DNA from: Ostreococcus lucimarinus
Taxonomy: Eukaryota
Reading direction: 5' to 3' (one strand)
DNA length: 64,000 nucleotides
Assembly: GCA_000092065.1 (NCBI GenBank)
Contig: CP000589.1
In this document: positions 55,092-64,000 of the stretch, piece after piece
How the letters are laid out: every line of letters starts with the position of its first letter
Numbering within the stretch: the first letter of the stretch is position 1
The notes under the pieces: generated by a model
The model's database searches: none
What the model was told of the DNA's origin: nothing
What the model saw: only the letters and a program-made list of their open reading frames with translations
Program-made: the position numbers and the translations under genes

Positions 55092-57281
55092 TCACTTTTG
55101 CAGCGGATTATACGCCATGGCGCTTCGGGATACATTCCGCGTGAGCGTCTGCACGTCTCTCGAGTGCTCCAGCTCGTGCGCCTTTTCCATGATGCTCTCC
55201 ATCGTGGCGTCGGCGTCGGGGAACGATGTGGAAAATCCGAGCATGGAGACGCGATGTTGCTCGTCGGAATTTCTCGGCGAATCCGAGCCAGCTTGAAGCG
55301 AGAGTTGCTTGAGACTCGCGAAAGTATCACTGTCGCCTCGCGCCGATTTATCACGCACCATTGTACTGAATCGATTTATGACTTCGAACACGTTTCGCAC
55401 GCTTTGCCGTCGCGCGCTCTTTTGATTCGACTCGTCAGGCGCCGAAGTCGACAAGACGTCCTTCTCTGCGGCTTCAACTTCGACCAGCGCTGCGTCGACG
55501 ACTTTTGCGGCTTCGAGATGCCGCTCCTCGGCGATCGCGTAGTCTTTGTTCAGCTGTGCGATTTCGTCGTCGAGTGAGCTCGCCCAAGTGTGAGCCTCGT
55601 CGGACATGTTCTTCGTGGCGTTGTATTGCTCTTCGTACACCTTGACCGCAGCGTGCGCCATCTTGCACGCAATCGTCGCTCGTTGCGCCTCCATATAGCA
55701 CACGCGCTCGTCGTCCGCGGCAGCATAATACTCCTCTATGCCGTTTTTGATTTCCTCATCGACGTCATCCAGCAAAGTACGCGTCGACGCCTCGAGCGCG
55801 CGCATCTCAGCCATGCACTGACTCGTGGCGTCATTTAACGAGGCTTCGGCGCGATCGCGTGCGGTGAGCGCGGCGGCGGCCTCGATGTCGAACACTTTAT
55901 CGATCTTCTTCGGTGACTTCCGCCCCACCGCGTCGATAGCGTTCATGAGCGCCTCTTCGAGCCTTGACGTCATCTCGTCGTACGCGGTGAACATAGTCTT
56001 CGTGACGTTGGACGCCCGCAGGGCAAACTCCTTCTGCCTAAACTCCAACAAATCAACGCTCGAGTCCATGGACGTTCGCACGGCTTGACGAAACGTCGTT
56101 AAAATACCCTTTTTGCGGTCGCGCGCGTTCTGCAACGCCGTCCGCGCGGCGTGGATTCGCGCCGAAGCCTCCGCCATGTTCACGTCGGCGGCGAGACGCT
56201 TGTCTTCCAACACTCGCGTGTTCTCAAACTCGCGATCGCGCGTCTCTTCGGCGGCTATAAACGTAGCCCGAGCGCGCGTCGCAGACGCCAGTCGTCTACC
56301 CTTCTTTTCTTTAATCTTCGTCAAGTGTTCACCGATATCCGAATGCGCCCGCTTCGTCGACTTGAGCTCCCAGAGCGCCACCGTGTGCGCGAGCTTCTTC
56401 ACCACGAGCGTCGCTTTGTGCGCCGCAGCGCGCGCATCGCCTTCTCTAGCTCGCGCGACGGTCACCATTACATCCCATGGCATCAATGTCGCCGTCTTCA
56501 CGCGTGGCGGCGTCGATACAACCGCACCGTCGTCCTCGCCGCCGTCTCCGCCGCTCGACCCCGCGCGCGGCTCGTCGTGTTCGCCTTCGCTCTTCGCGCG
56601 CGCCTCCGCTTCCGCCTCTCGCGTCGCCGCTTCCGCCTCGATCACGAGCTCACGCAGCCGCTCTTCCTCCACGCGCGCCGCCGCGAGTCTGCTCTCCATC
56701 ACGCGCGCCGCGGCCAACCGCGTATCGACGCCAATCGACAGAAACCAGTGCGCCTCCTCCTCGTGCTCCACCACCGGCACCGAGCTCGTGAAGCTTCCCC
56801 GTCGTTCGTGCGTCGGCATCCCGTAAATCGTCCCTCCGCCGACCTCGCGCCCGGAAGAATCGCTCTCGAATCCATTCCCGTGCGTCGTCGTCGCGCCGTC
56901 GTCGTCCCGTTCGCCGCCGCCGCCGCCGCCGCCGCTCGCCACCGCGCGTCCGCCGAACAGCCGTCCCCGCCATCCCTCCCCGTGTTCCTCCCCCTCGTCG
57001 TCGCTCAGTCCCGCGAACTTCACCAGCGACACCTTTCGCGTCATTCCTCGCTCCCGTCCCTCCAGATCGCGCTCGCTCCCGCACGGCGTCGTCGCCGCGC
57101 TCGACGCCGCCGTCCCGGTCGAGTGCGAATCGCGCGCGCTCGCCAATTCGCCCGCGATCGACGACGATTTCAGGATCGATCGCGCCGGCAGCGCGTGCGG
57201 GCCCGGCGGCGCGCGCTTCGTCGACGGCGCGCCCGCGCGCGCGCCGTCGCGGTCGATCGCGCGCGCGCACGCCGCGCCCAT
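55092..57281 (-). CDS. Coiled-coil protein with N-terminal MGAAC (myristoylation/palmitoylation-like) motif; possibly BAR/IMD-like
   Basis: The C-terminal 450 aa are continuous heptad-rich coiled coil. An acidic, Gly-rich middle precedes it. Start taken at ATG 57279-57281 (MGAACARAIDRDG); ORF listed to 57335. Confidence 0.5.
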   Translation of the reverse strand: MGAACARAIDRDGARAGAPSTKRAPPGPHALPARSILKSSSIAGELASARDSHSTGTAASSAATTPCGSERDLEGRERGMTRKVSLVKFAGLSDDEGEEHGEGWRGRLFGGRAVASGGGGGGGERDDDGATTTHGNGFESDSSGREVGGGTIYGMPTHERRGSFTSSVPVVEHEEEAHWFLSIGVDTRLAAARVMESRLAAARVEEERLRELVIEAEAATREAEAEARAKSEGEHDEPRAGSSGGDGGEDDGAVVSTPPRVKTATLMPWDVMVTVARAREGDARAAAHKATLVVKKLAHTVALWELKSTKRAHSDIGEHLTKIKEKKGRRLASATRARATFIAAEETRDREFENTRVLEDKRLAADVNMAEASARIHAARTALQNARDRKKGILTTFRQAVRTSMDSSVDLLEFRQKEFALRASNVTKTMFTAYDEMTSRLEEALMNAIDAVGRKSPKKIDKVFDIEAAAALTARDRAEASLNDATSQCMAEMRALEASTRTLLDDVDEEIKNGIEEYYAAADDERVCYMEAQRATIACKMAHAAVKVYEEQYNATKNMSDEAHTWASSLDDEIAQLNKDYAIAEERHLEAAKVVDAALVEVEAAEKDVLSTSAPDESNQKSARRQSVRNVFEVINRFSTMVRDKSARGDSDTFASLKQLSLQAGSDSPRNSDEQHRVSMLGFSTSFPDADATMESIMEKAHELEHSRDVQTLTRNVSRSAMAYNPLQK

Positions 57282-57337
57282 GATCGCGATCGGCGCGACG
57301 CGATGTGCCGCCGCGCGAACGATTCGACCGCACACCG

Positions 57338-60300
57338 ATGCGCGCCGTCGGCGCGACGAGCGAGCGCGGCGTCGAGCGCGCGACGACCGCGACGCGCGCG
57401 ACGACGCGCGCGACGACGCGCGCGGGCATGCGTCGAGCGCGGGCGCTCGCGCGCGCGCTCGAACGGATTCGGTTGACGACGAGACGACGAGACGTGTGGA
57501 CGCGCGGCGTCGCGGACGGCGATGGCGCGGGCGCGCGGGACGGCGCGAGCGTCGCGACGAGCGATTCGCTCGACGCGCGCGCGGTCGTGGTGCGTGCGAG
57601 CGCGCGAGGGCGTCGAGGGCGAGGGATCTCTGGTGAACGCGCGCGCGGTTTGATTTTTAAAAGATTGGACGGAGGAAAGACGGGCGACGGGCGAGCGATG
57701 GCGGACTGACGACGACGACGCGCGCGCGAATGATGACGCAGGATCGATTGCGCGCGGGGCTGGCGTACGAGATGAGCAATGGGTGCGCGAACGCGAAGGG
57801 GAAGGCGTTCGACGATTTTCAGAGCTTTCTCACGGCGTCGCTTCGGGAGTTGGAGCGATCGCACGCGTCGCCGATGCTCGCGCACATGGTGCGGGATTCG
57901 ACGGTGTATGGGAATTTGGACGTCGATCGACGACAGCGGTTGCTGCAGAATATGTCGACGGCGCTGCCTGGGGTGATTCAGCGCGGCGAAACGGCGCCGC
58001 CGGCGAGGTCGCCGCAGACGCCGCGAGCGTGGTCGCCGCCGAGCGCTGCGCCGGTGGTCGAGCGCGCGGGGGCGACGTCGGTAGTTTCATCGAACATGGG
58101 TGGTGTCGCGAGCGGGTCGAAGCGGACTCCGGCGGTGGCGGCTGCGAAGACGAAGGAGGACGCGCCGAAGACGAAGGCGCCGACGGTGTCGCGAGATTCG
58201 TCCGAGTTCCCCACCATTATTGTTTTCGATTTAGAGACCACCGGGTTGAGCAAGGAGAAGAGTCGAATCATCGAGCTCGCGGCGCAGTCGCTCTCGGATC
58301 CGTCCGCGGCGTTCAGCACGCTCGTGAATCCCGGTCGGTTTACGATTCCAGCCGCCATCACCTCGCTCACGGGCATCACCAACAGCATGGTGAGCGCTTC
58401 GAACGTGCCGTCGTTCGCGATGGCGGCCGAGCAGTTGGAAGCATTTATTGAAAGCGCCCGCCAGTCGCGCCCGGGGGCGCCGATCTTGCTTGTCGCGCAC
58501 AACGCGCGTCAGTTTGACGCGGCTTTTATGCAGCATGAATACCGTCGTCTTGGGCGTGAGTTGCCGTCGAGTTGGAGATTCTGTGATACCTTGCCGCTCG
58601 CGCGCGCGCTGCTGCGTCCGGAAGGATTGGCAAAGTTCAACATGGATGTCCTACGGGAATACTACGGCGTGTCGATCGATGGTGAAGACACACAAATGCA
58701 CCGCGCAGGGACGGACGCTCGAGTGTTGGCTGAAATCCTCAACAAACTACTCGAGCATCCCAATGCGAAGGACGACGAGCTTGGGTGCTTGGAGAAGTAC
58801 TCATTTTCGCTCGGCGATCCGGGCGCGGGGAGTTTGAAGCGAGCGACCGCGGATGCCAAGTCTGAGAGCGAACGCTCGTCCTACGCGGGCGGCGCGCCGG
58901 GCTGGGGCGGCGGCGGTACAGTGAACTTGAGCGACGGCGAAGAAGCCGACGTCGGTGGTGGATGGGCCGCGGTCGATGAATTCGCAAACGAAGAAAATAT
59001 GGAATTTGAGAGTGACTCGAGCTCGATGTCGTCAAACGATGTGCCTCTTCGAGGTATGCAGAAGCCGTTTTGGGCCGCCGAGGATCCCATCAACGGTATT
59101 CTCCCCGAAACTGTCGACTTTCAGAAACTCGCCGAAATCGCCGCTAAGACGGACACCTCCGAGCTTCGTCTCGACCTAGAGCGATGGAAAGAAACATCGA
59201 TCGAAGCGCTCAAGGATAAAGTCCCGAAGTCGACTATGAAGGCGCTGAAAGCCGAAGGCATCAACACCATCGAAGCCGTATTGCGCAACTGCCCGCGCAA
59301 GTATCAAGAGTACAGCGTTTGGAACAAGTCTCTCGCACAAGGCACACAAGTGACCCTCACTGGGACAGTTCGTTCGATGCAAGTGCGCGATTACATGCGT
59401 GGGCGTGCGATCCCGAACACGGTGTTGGTCGAAGTCGACGTACGCGAGGACGAACTCACGCCGACAGAGGACGATCCGTGGGGCGCAAATAAGCCTCGGT
59501 GCAAAGTTAAAGTGTGGGACTACATTTCGAAGGATGCTCGCGAAGAAATGCCGATCGGTGCTCGGGTGAGTGTCCGCGGCACTTTGGGTACGGGCGATAG
59601 GAACTGCCAGTTCAGCGTGGACGGCGGTCGTGTCGTTCCGATTGCCGCAGATGCGCCGGTATTTGCGTCCGACTCGTCGGAAATTGTCGCCACGTACGCC
59701 AAGCGTGGAGCGATGAGCAATGTTGAGTGGCATCGCGCGGTGAACGCATCGATGGACATTTTCCTAGCGAAGCTTCCCGCCGATCCCATGGAGGTATCGA
59801 TGGGCCGCGATAATCCATTGCTCGCCGAACTCGGATTGCTTTCGCATTCGGAGGCGGTGAAGAATATTCACAGGCCACGAAACGTCGAGGCTGTGGCGCA
59901 AGCGCGAGAGCGATTGGCGTTTGAAGAATTGGTTTTATTACAAGTGGCGCTTCTACAAGAACGCAGTCGTTTACAGGCGCTTCCCGTGTCCGAGTCGACC
60001 GAAGGCGTGTGCATTGTCGGCACTGCTCTCACGGACGAGTTGCGCAGCGAGTTACCGTTTGCGCTTACGCGATCTCAAGAGTCTTCACTCGAAGAAATTT
60101 TGAGCGATATGGCCGGGCCGGCACCGATGTTGCGCCTACTCCAAGGTGATGTGGGGTGCGGTAAGACTGTCGTTGCCGCCATGGCGCTCCTCGCGGCGGT
60201 CGGTGCAGGACATCAAGGCGCGTTCATGGCGCCGACTGAAGTACTCGCCACGCAGCACCACCGCGTGCTCACGGATTTGCTTTCACAAATGCGAGATCCA

Positions 60301-61419
60301 CCGAAAGTGGCGTTACTCACTGGTTCAACGAAAACTGCTGAACGTGCGCAAATTCTCGAGGATTTGAATGACGGAAAGATTGGAATTATTGTTGGCACGC
60401 ACGCTTTGATTCACGAAAAAGTTGTATTCAGCTCACTCGGCATCGCCGTCGTCGATGAACAGCATCGTTTTGGCGTGGAGCAACGCGCTGGATTATTGGC
60501 AAAAGGTAAGCTCCCACCGCACATGCTTACCATGAGCGCAACGCCGATTCCGCGCACACTCGCGATGACAAAGTTTGGCGAGATGGCTTTGAGCGTCATC
60601 GACGAGAAACCCGCTGGCCGTTTGCCAATCATCACAACGGTGTGCGGTGTCGACGAGCACTCGCAAGCCTACGATTCGATGTGCGAAGAAGTGAGCCGCG
60701 GCGGGCAGGCTTACGTCATCTTGCGTCTCGTGAACGAATCCGGATCGTCTCGCATGTCTGAAGTGAAGGGCGCGGAGGAGGAATACGCTCGTCTCGTGAG
60801 CAAGTATCCAAATGTACGATTCGGACTCTTGCACGGGCAGTTGGGCGCGGACGAAAAAGCCGCGGCGCTAGAAAAGTTTAGTTCTGGAGAAACTCAAGCC
60901 CTGGTCGCTACGTCAGTCGTTGAAGTTGGTGTGGACGTGCCGAATGCGAGCGTCATCATCATCGAAGACGCAGACGGTTTCGGTCTCGCCGCGCTTCACC
61001 AGCTTCGAGGTCGTGTCGGACGCGGCGCACGTCAGTCGAAGTGCTTCTTGTTACACTCTCCTGGCGCAGGGGAGAACGCGGAGTTGAAGGGAGATCGCGC
61101 GCGCGACCGTCTTCGTGTGCTCGAGCAATCAAACAACGGCTTCCGAATTGCCGAGAGCGATTTACAGCTCCGCGGCGCTGGCGAGCTCTTCGGCACGAAA
61201 CAAAGCGGCCAGCAGGTGAACCTGTTCCACGCATCGATGTCAACAGATCTCTATTTACTCGAAGCCGCTCGCAAGGCGGCGGCAGAGATGATTTCACGCG
61301 CCTCCTTGCAACAGGAACCACTCCCGGCGCCGGTGACGGTCGCTTTAGAAACGCGGCCCGCGTTGATCCTCGACAACGCCATCATCTCTGGCGGTGCTCA
61401 AGCAGCGGCGACGAATTGA
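57338..61419 (+). CDS. recG: DnaQ-like DEDDh 3'-5' exonuclease fused to RecG helicase; two exons 57338..57589 and 57742..61419
   Basis: Exo I IIVFDLETTGL, Exo II LLVAHNARQFDAAFM and Exo III HRAGTDARVLAEIL are present. RecG wedge/OB region follows, then helicase motifs GDVGCGKTVVAAMA, VVDEQHRFGVEQR, SATPIPRTL and HQLRGRVGRG. The upstream exon encodes an Ala/Arg/Thr-rich presequence (MRAVGATSERGVERATTATRATTRATTRAGMRRARALARAL...). The 152-nt intron has GTGCGT donor, GGACTGAC branch and CAG acceptor. Confidence 0.8.
57590..57741 (+). other. Spliceosomal intron (152 nt, phase 0) in the exo-RecG gene
   Basis: GTGCGTGCGAGCG...GGCGGACTGACGACGACGACGCGCGCGCGAATGATGACGCAG. Exon 1 ends DARAVV| and exon 2 begins |DRLRAGLAYEMSNG in the helicase frame. 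Confidence 0.6.
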
Positions 61420-61578
61420 TGAAACCCTAGTATTAACAATCGAACACATAGGCTCGCGCATGTTGACCATTTAGCGCTCACGTACACGCTAAACAAATCA
61501 TTCGACGCGCGCATTTAACCCTGCTTTCGGGTATCCGAACAACCACTCGACGCATCGACCGCATACTCGCACTCAACC

Positions 61579-62818
61579 ATGTCCACCATGTCCGCTTCCC
61601 TCCGCACCACGTCAACCGTCAACTTGCGCGCCTGCACGTACGTTTTCGGTCGCGTTAGCGCGTCGCGTCGCGCGTCACGACGTCGCGCACGTCGAGTAAT
61701 CCGCCTTATCCGCCGAGGGCCGACAAACAGGGCGCTTACGACAGTGTCGCGGTGTCTTCTCGGTGCAGTGACGGCGCGATCACGAAGCGATAAAGTATAC
61801 TGACGATGAACCGCGTTTTCGTGTGATACGCAGGACCCGACGCGCTAGCGTTCGAGCGTCCCGCTCGGTCACCGTGCGCGCCGCCGCCGACTACTCGCCG
61901 AAGAAGGCCTTCTTCTTCCCGGGACAAGGCGCGCAAACGGTCGGCATGGCGAAGGAGCTGTGCGAAGAGTGCCCCGCGGCGAAGGCGATGTTTGACACCG
62001 CGTCCGGCGTGCTCGGGTACGACTTGCTCGATGTGTGCGTCAACGGCCCGGCGGAGCGCTTGAACTCGACGGCGGTTTCCCAGCCGGCGATTTACGTGTC
62101 TTCTTTGGCGGCGCTCGAAAAGATGAAGATGTCGGACGAAGGTAAGGCGATGATCGACTCCATCGACGTCGCCGCGGGCTTGTCTCTCGGCGAGTACACG
62201 GCTTTGACCTTTGCCGAGGCGTTGTCTTTCGAAGACGGCTTGAAGCTCGTGAAGATTCGCGGTGAGTCCATGCAAGAGGCTGCCGATGCCACGCCCTCCG
62301 GTATGGCGTCCGTCATCGGCCTCTCCGCGGATAAGGCCGAAGAACTCGCCGCACGCGCCGCCGCCGAGTCCGGGGCGCCGTGCTCGGTTGCCAACTACTT
62401 GTGCAACGGTAACTACGCCGTGTCCGGCGCCATCCCGGCTATCGACAAGGTTGAAGAAATCGCCAAGCCGGAATTCAAGGCGCGTATGGTCGTGCGTCTC
62501 GCCGTCGCCGGTGCGTTCCACACCGACTTCATGGCCCCGGCCGCGGACAAGCTCAAGGCTGCGCTCGAAGCGACACCGATTAAGGAGCCGCGCATCCCGG
62601 TCATTTCCAACGTCGACGTCAACCCGCACACGGACGCCGCGAGCATTCGCGCCACGTTGGCGAAGCAGCTCACCAACCCGGTGCAATGGGAAACCACGAT
62701 GACCACGCTCCTCGGTAAGGGCTTGGAGTCTGCGACGGAAGTTGGTCCGGGCAAGGTGATCAGCGGTATCATGAAGCGCGTGGATAAGGCGTTTGCGTGC
62801 GACAACTTCACCGTTTAA
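61579..62818 (+). CDS. fabD: Malonyl-CoA:ACP transacylase (FabD), plastid type II FAS; two exons 61579..61637 and 61834..62818
   Basis: FabD motifs FFFPGQGAQ and GLSLGEYTAL are present, with an ACP-binding region. Exon 1 encodes MSTMSASLRTTSTVNLRAC (transit-peptide start). Splicing is phase 2 with donor GTACGT, branch TATACTGAC and acceptor ACGCAG. The in-frame result is ...LRACT|TRRASVRASRSV.... TGTAA at 62830. Confidence 0.85.
61638..61833 (+). other. Spliceosomal intron (196 nt, phase 2) in FabD
   Basis: Donor GTACGT at 61638, branch TACTGAC at 61797-61803, acceptor CAG at 61831-61833. Exon 1 carries 19 codons plus 2 nt, matching the phase needed by the downstream FabD frame, which has no ATG of its own. 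Confidence 0.8.
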
Positions 62819-62897
62819 ACTCGAACGCGTGTAATAAATTATTAGCTACAACATCCAATGGGTGCGTCATTAAATAATAGGGAAACGGATGCTACGG

Positions 62898-63959
62898 TTA
62901 CTTGACTTGTCTGATTTTGCACTCGCGCACGAGCGGAAATTTTGTTTTGATGGCTTGCGCGATGGAGAAGGCGAGCGCTTTCGGTCCTCTAAACTTCAAC
63001 ACGCACACGCCCCTTTCGAGCGACTCCACGCTCGCCTCGCCCCCGTAGCTCGCGATAGACTTTCGAAGCTTTTCCAAATGCCCCTCGATCGTCTCGATCG
63101 TCATCTCTTCCAATTCACCGCTCACGTCGACGACTTCTTCCACGGCGTCGCCGAATTTTTGCTTTAAAAGTTTTTCGATCCCCCCCTTCATCGTCGCCGA
63201 CGACGACGCGCACGTCCCGCACGCCCCATTCAACCGCACGACGATGATCTTGCCTTCAATCTTCACGAGCTCGACGTTACCACCGTCGGCGACCAAATAC
63301 GGTCGCACCTCGTCGAGCGCTTCGTCCACGTTTTCCATCGTCGGCGGCAACTTCGGCGACTCGTCCACCGCGTCCGCGTTCTCCTCTTTCGCCGCCTCCG
63401 CGAACGGACTCACCACGCTCGCGCTCGCATCCGCGCCCTCGATTCCCGTCGCGCTCACCTCCGCCTCCGCCGTCCCGCTCGCCGCCCCGTCCTCCGCGTC
63501 CCGCGCCCCGTTCGCCCCCCCCGTCTCCCCCTCTCCCAGCGCCTCCCGCCACCGTCGCGCCTCCGCGCGCAGCGTCGCTCGCGTCGCCATCGCCGCGTTC
63601 CGAAACGCCATCACGCGCGCCGTGCGCGCGCCCTCGCCGTCCCGCGCTCGCGCCGCCCGCAGCGCCGTCGCCACGTTCGTCGCGTAGTCCACCCCCGTGC
63701 ACGTCCCTCGCGCGTCGAACGTCGCGAACACCCCCGCCGGCGCGTCGCGCGCGTACAGTTCCAGCCACGCGTCGACGCTCGCGCGCGCCGTGCCGTCCTC
63801 GGCGAGCGCTCGCGGCGCGCGCGCTCGCGCCGTCGCGCGCCGACGGTCCGCGCGCGCGCGCACGCGCCGCGCCGCGACGCGCGCGTCGCGCGCGCGCGTC
63901 GGCGCGCGCGCGGGACCGCGCGACGCGACGCGCGCGTCGGCGCCTCGCGTCGCGCGCAT
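62898..63959 (-). CDS. NifU-like (NFU/CnfU-type) iron-sulfur cluster scaffold protein with tandem NifU C-terminal domains; 5' end uncertain near window edge
   Basis: The first NifU-like domain (MENVDEALDEVRPYLVADGGNVELVKIEGKIIVVRLNGACGTCASSSATMKGGIEKLL) has the CxxC motif. A second, degenerate NifU-like domain follows, as in plastid NFU proteins. Confidence 0.75.
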   Translation of the reverse strand: MRATRGADARVASRGPARAPTRARDARVAARRVRARADRRRATARARAPRALAEDGTARASVDAWLELYARDAPAGVFATFDARGTCTGVDYATNVATALRAARARDGEGARTARVMAFRNAAMATRATLRAEARRWREALGEGETGGANGARDAEDGAASGTAEAEVSATGIEGADASASVVSPFAEAAKEENADAVDESPKLPPTMENVDEALDEVRPYLVADGGNVELVKIEGKIIVVRLNGACGTCASSSATMKGGIEKLLKQKFGDAVEEVVDVSGELEEMTIETIEGHLEKLRKSIASYGGEASVESLERGVCVLKFRGPKALAFSIAQAIKTKFPLVRECKIRQVK

Positions 63960-64000
63960 CGTCGGCGCGTCGCGCGGCGTCGCGCGGCGTCGGCGTGTGC

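Noticed and set aside
56151-57885. ORFs 56151..57476(+), 56650..57885(-)
   Set aside because: Overlap the coiled-coil gene and the exo-RecG 5' region in wrong frames. Arg-rich low complexity.
61736-62686. Minus-strand 316-aa ORF antisense to FabD
   Set aside because: FabD motifs on the plus strand are unambiguous.
1-64000. Prokaryotic-style accessory systems (CRISPR arrays, defense islands, IS/transposons, integrases)
   Set aside because: The sequence is eukaryotic nuclear DNA with spliceosomal introns and COPII, exocyst, UPF1, Ski2 and RING-CH genes. No direct-repeat/spacer array, transposase, reverse transcriptase or integrase was seen.

Overview
The window reads as high-GC (~65%) nuclear DNA from a compact green alga, most consistent with a Mamiellophyceae (Micromonas/Ostreococcus-like) chromosome. 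This is an inference from gene content, density and composition; no search was run. About 40 protein-coding genes lie on both strands with 50-450 bp intergenic spacers, frequent head-to-head starts and convergent 3' ends. Many 3' ends carry the chlorophyte poly(A) signal TGTAA. No rRNA, tRNA, CRISPR array or transposon was recognised. Gene content is housekeeping and organelle-targeted: Sec23, exocyst Sec10, E-Syt-like, PanC, FolB, mitochondrial carrier, CorA/Mrs2, RsmB/Sun methyltransferase, class II aldolase, organellar PolA-type DNA polymerase, UPF1, a YqaJ-type exonuclease, MFS transporter, Cid1/GLD2-type poly(A) polymerase, FtsH, RING-CH ligase, Ski2/Mtr4, inactive ClpR, CTL choline-transporter-like, M3 oligopeptidase, PQ-loop protein, 5-FCL, METTL2/6-like methyltransferase, APS kinase, FabD and NifU-like. 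A large share of the six-frame ORFs are spurious antisense or out-of-frame ORFs produced by the GC-rich composition. Some listed ORFs open on GTG, so first-ATG starts were re-derived where possible. Most genes are intronless, but several broken or N-terminally truncated ORFs are repaired by short introns (89-319 nt) with a lineage-typical signal set: donor G|GTGCG(C/T) or GTACGT, branch (A/G)CTGAC 15-30 nt upstream, acceptor CAG/TAG. These introns reveal 5' exons encoding transit or signal peptides for FabD, RecG and possibly FtsH, restore the Sec10 N-terminus, and uncover a small Cys-rich secreted-protein gene missed by ORF calling. The most unusual protein is a DnaQ-like DEDDh 3'-5' exonuclease fused N-terminally to a RecG helicase with a predicted organellar presequence, a WRN-like exo-helicase layout built on RecG rather than RecQ.
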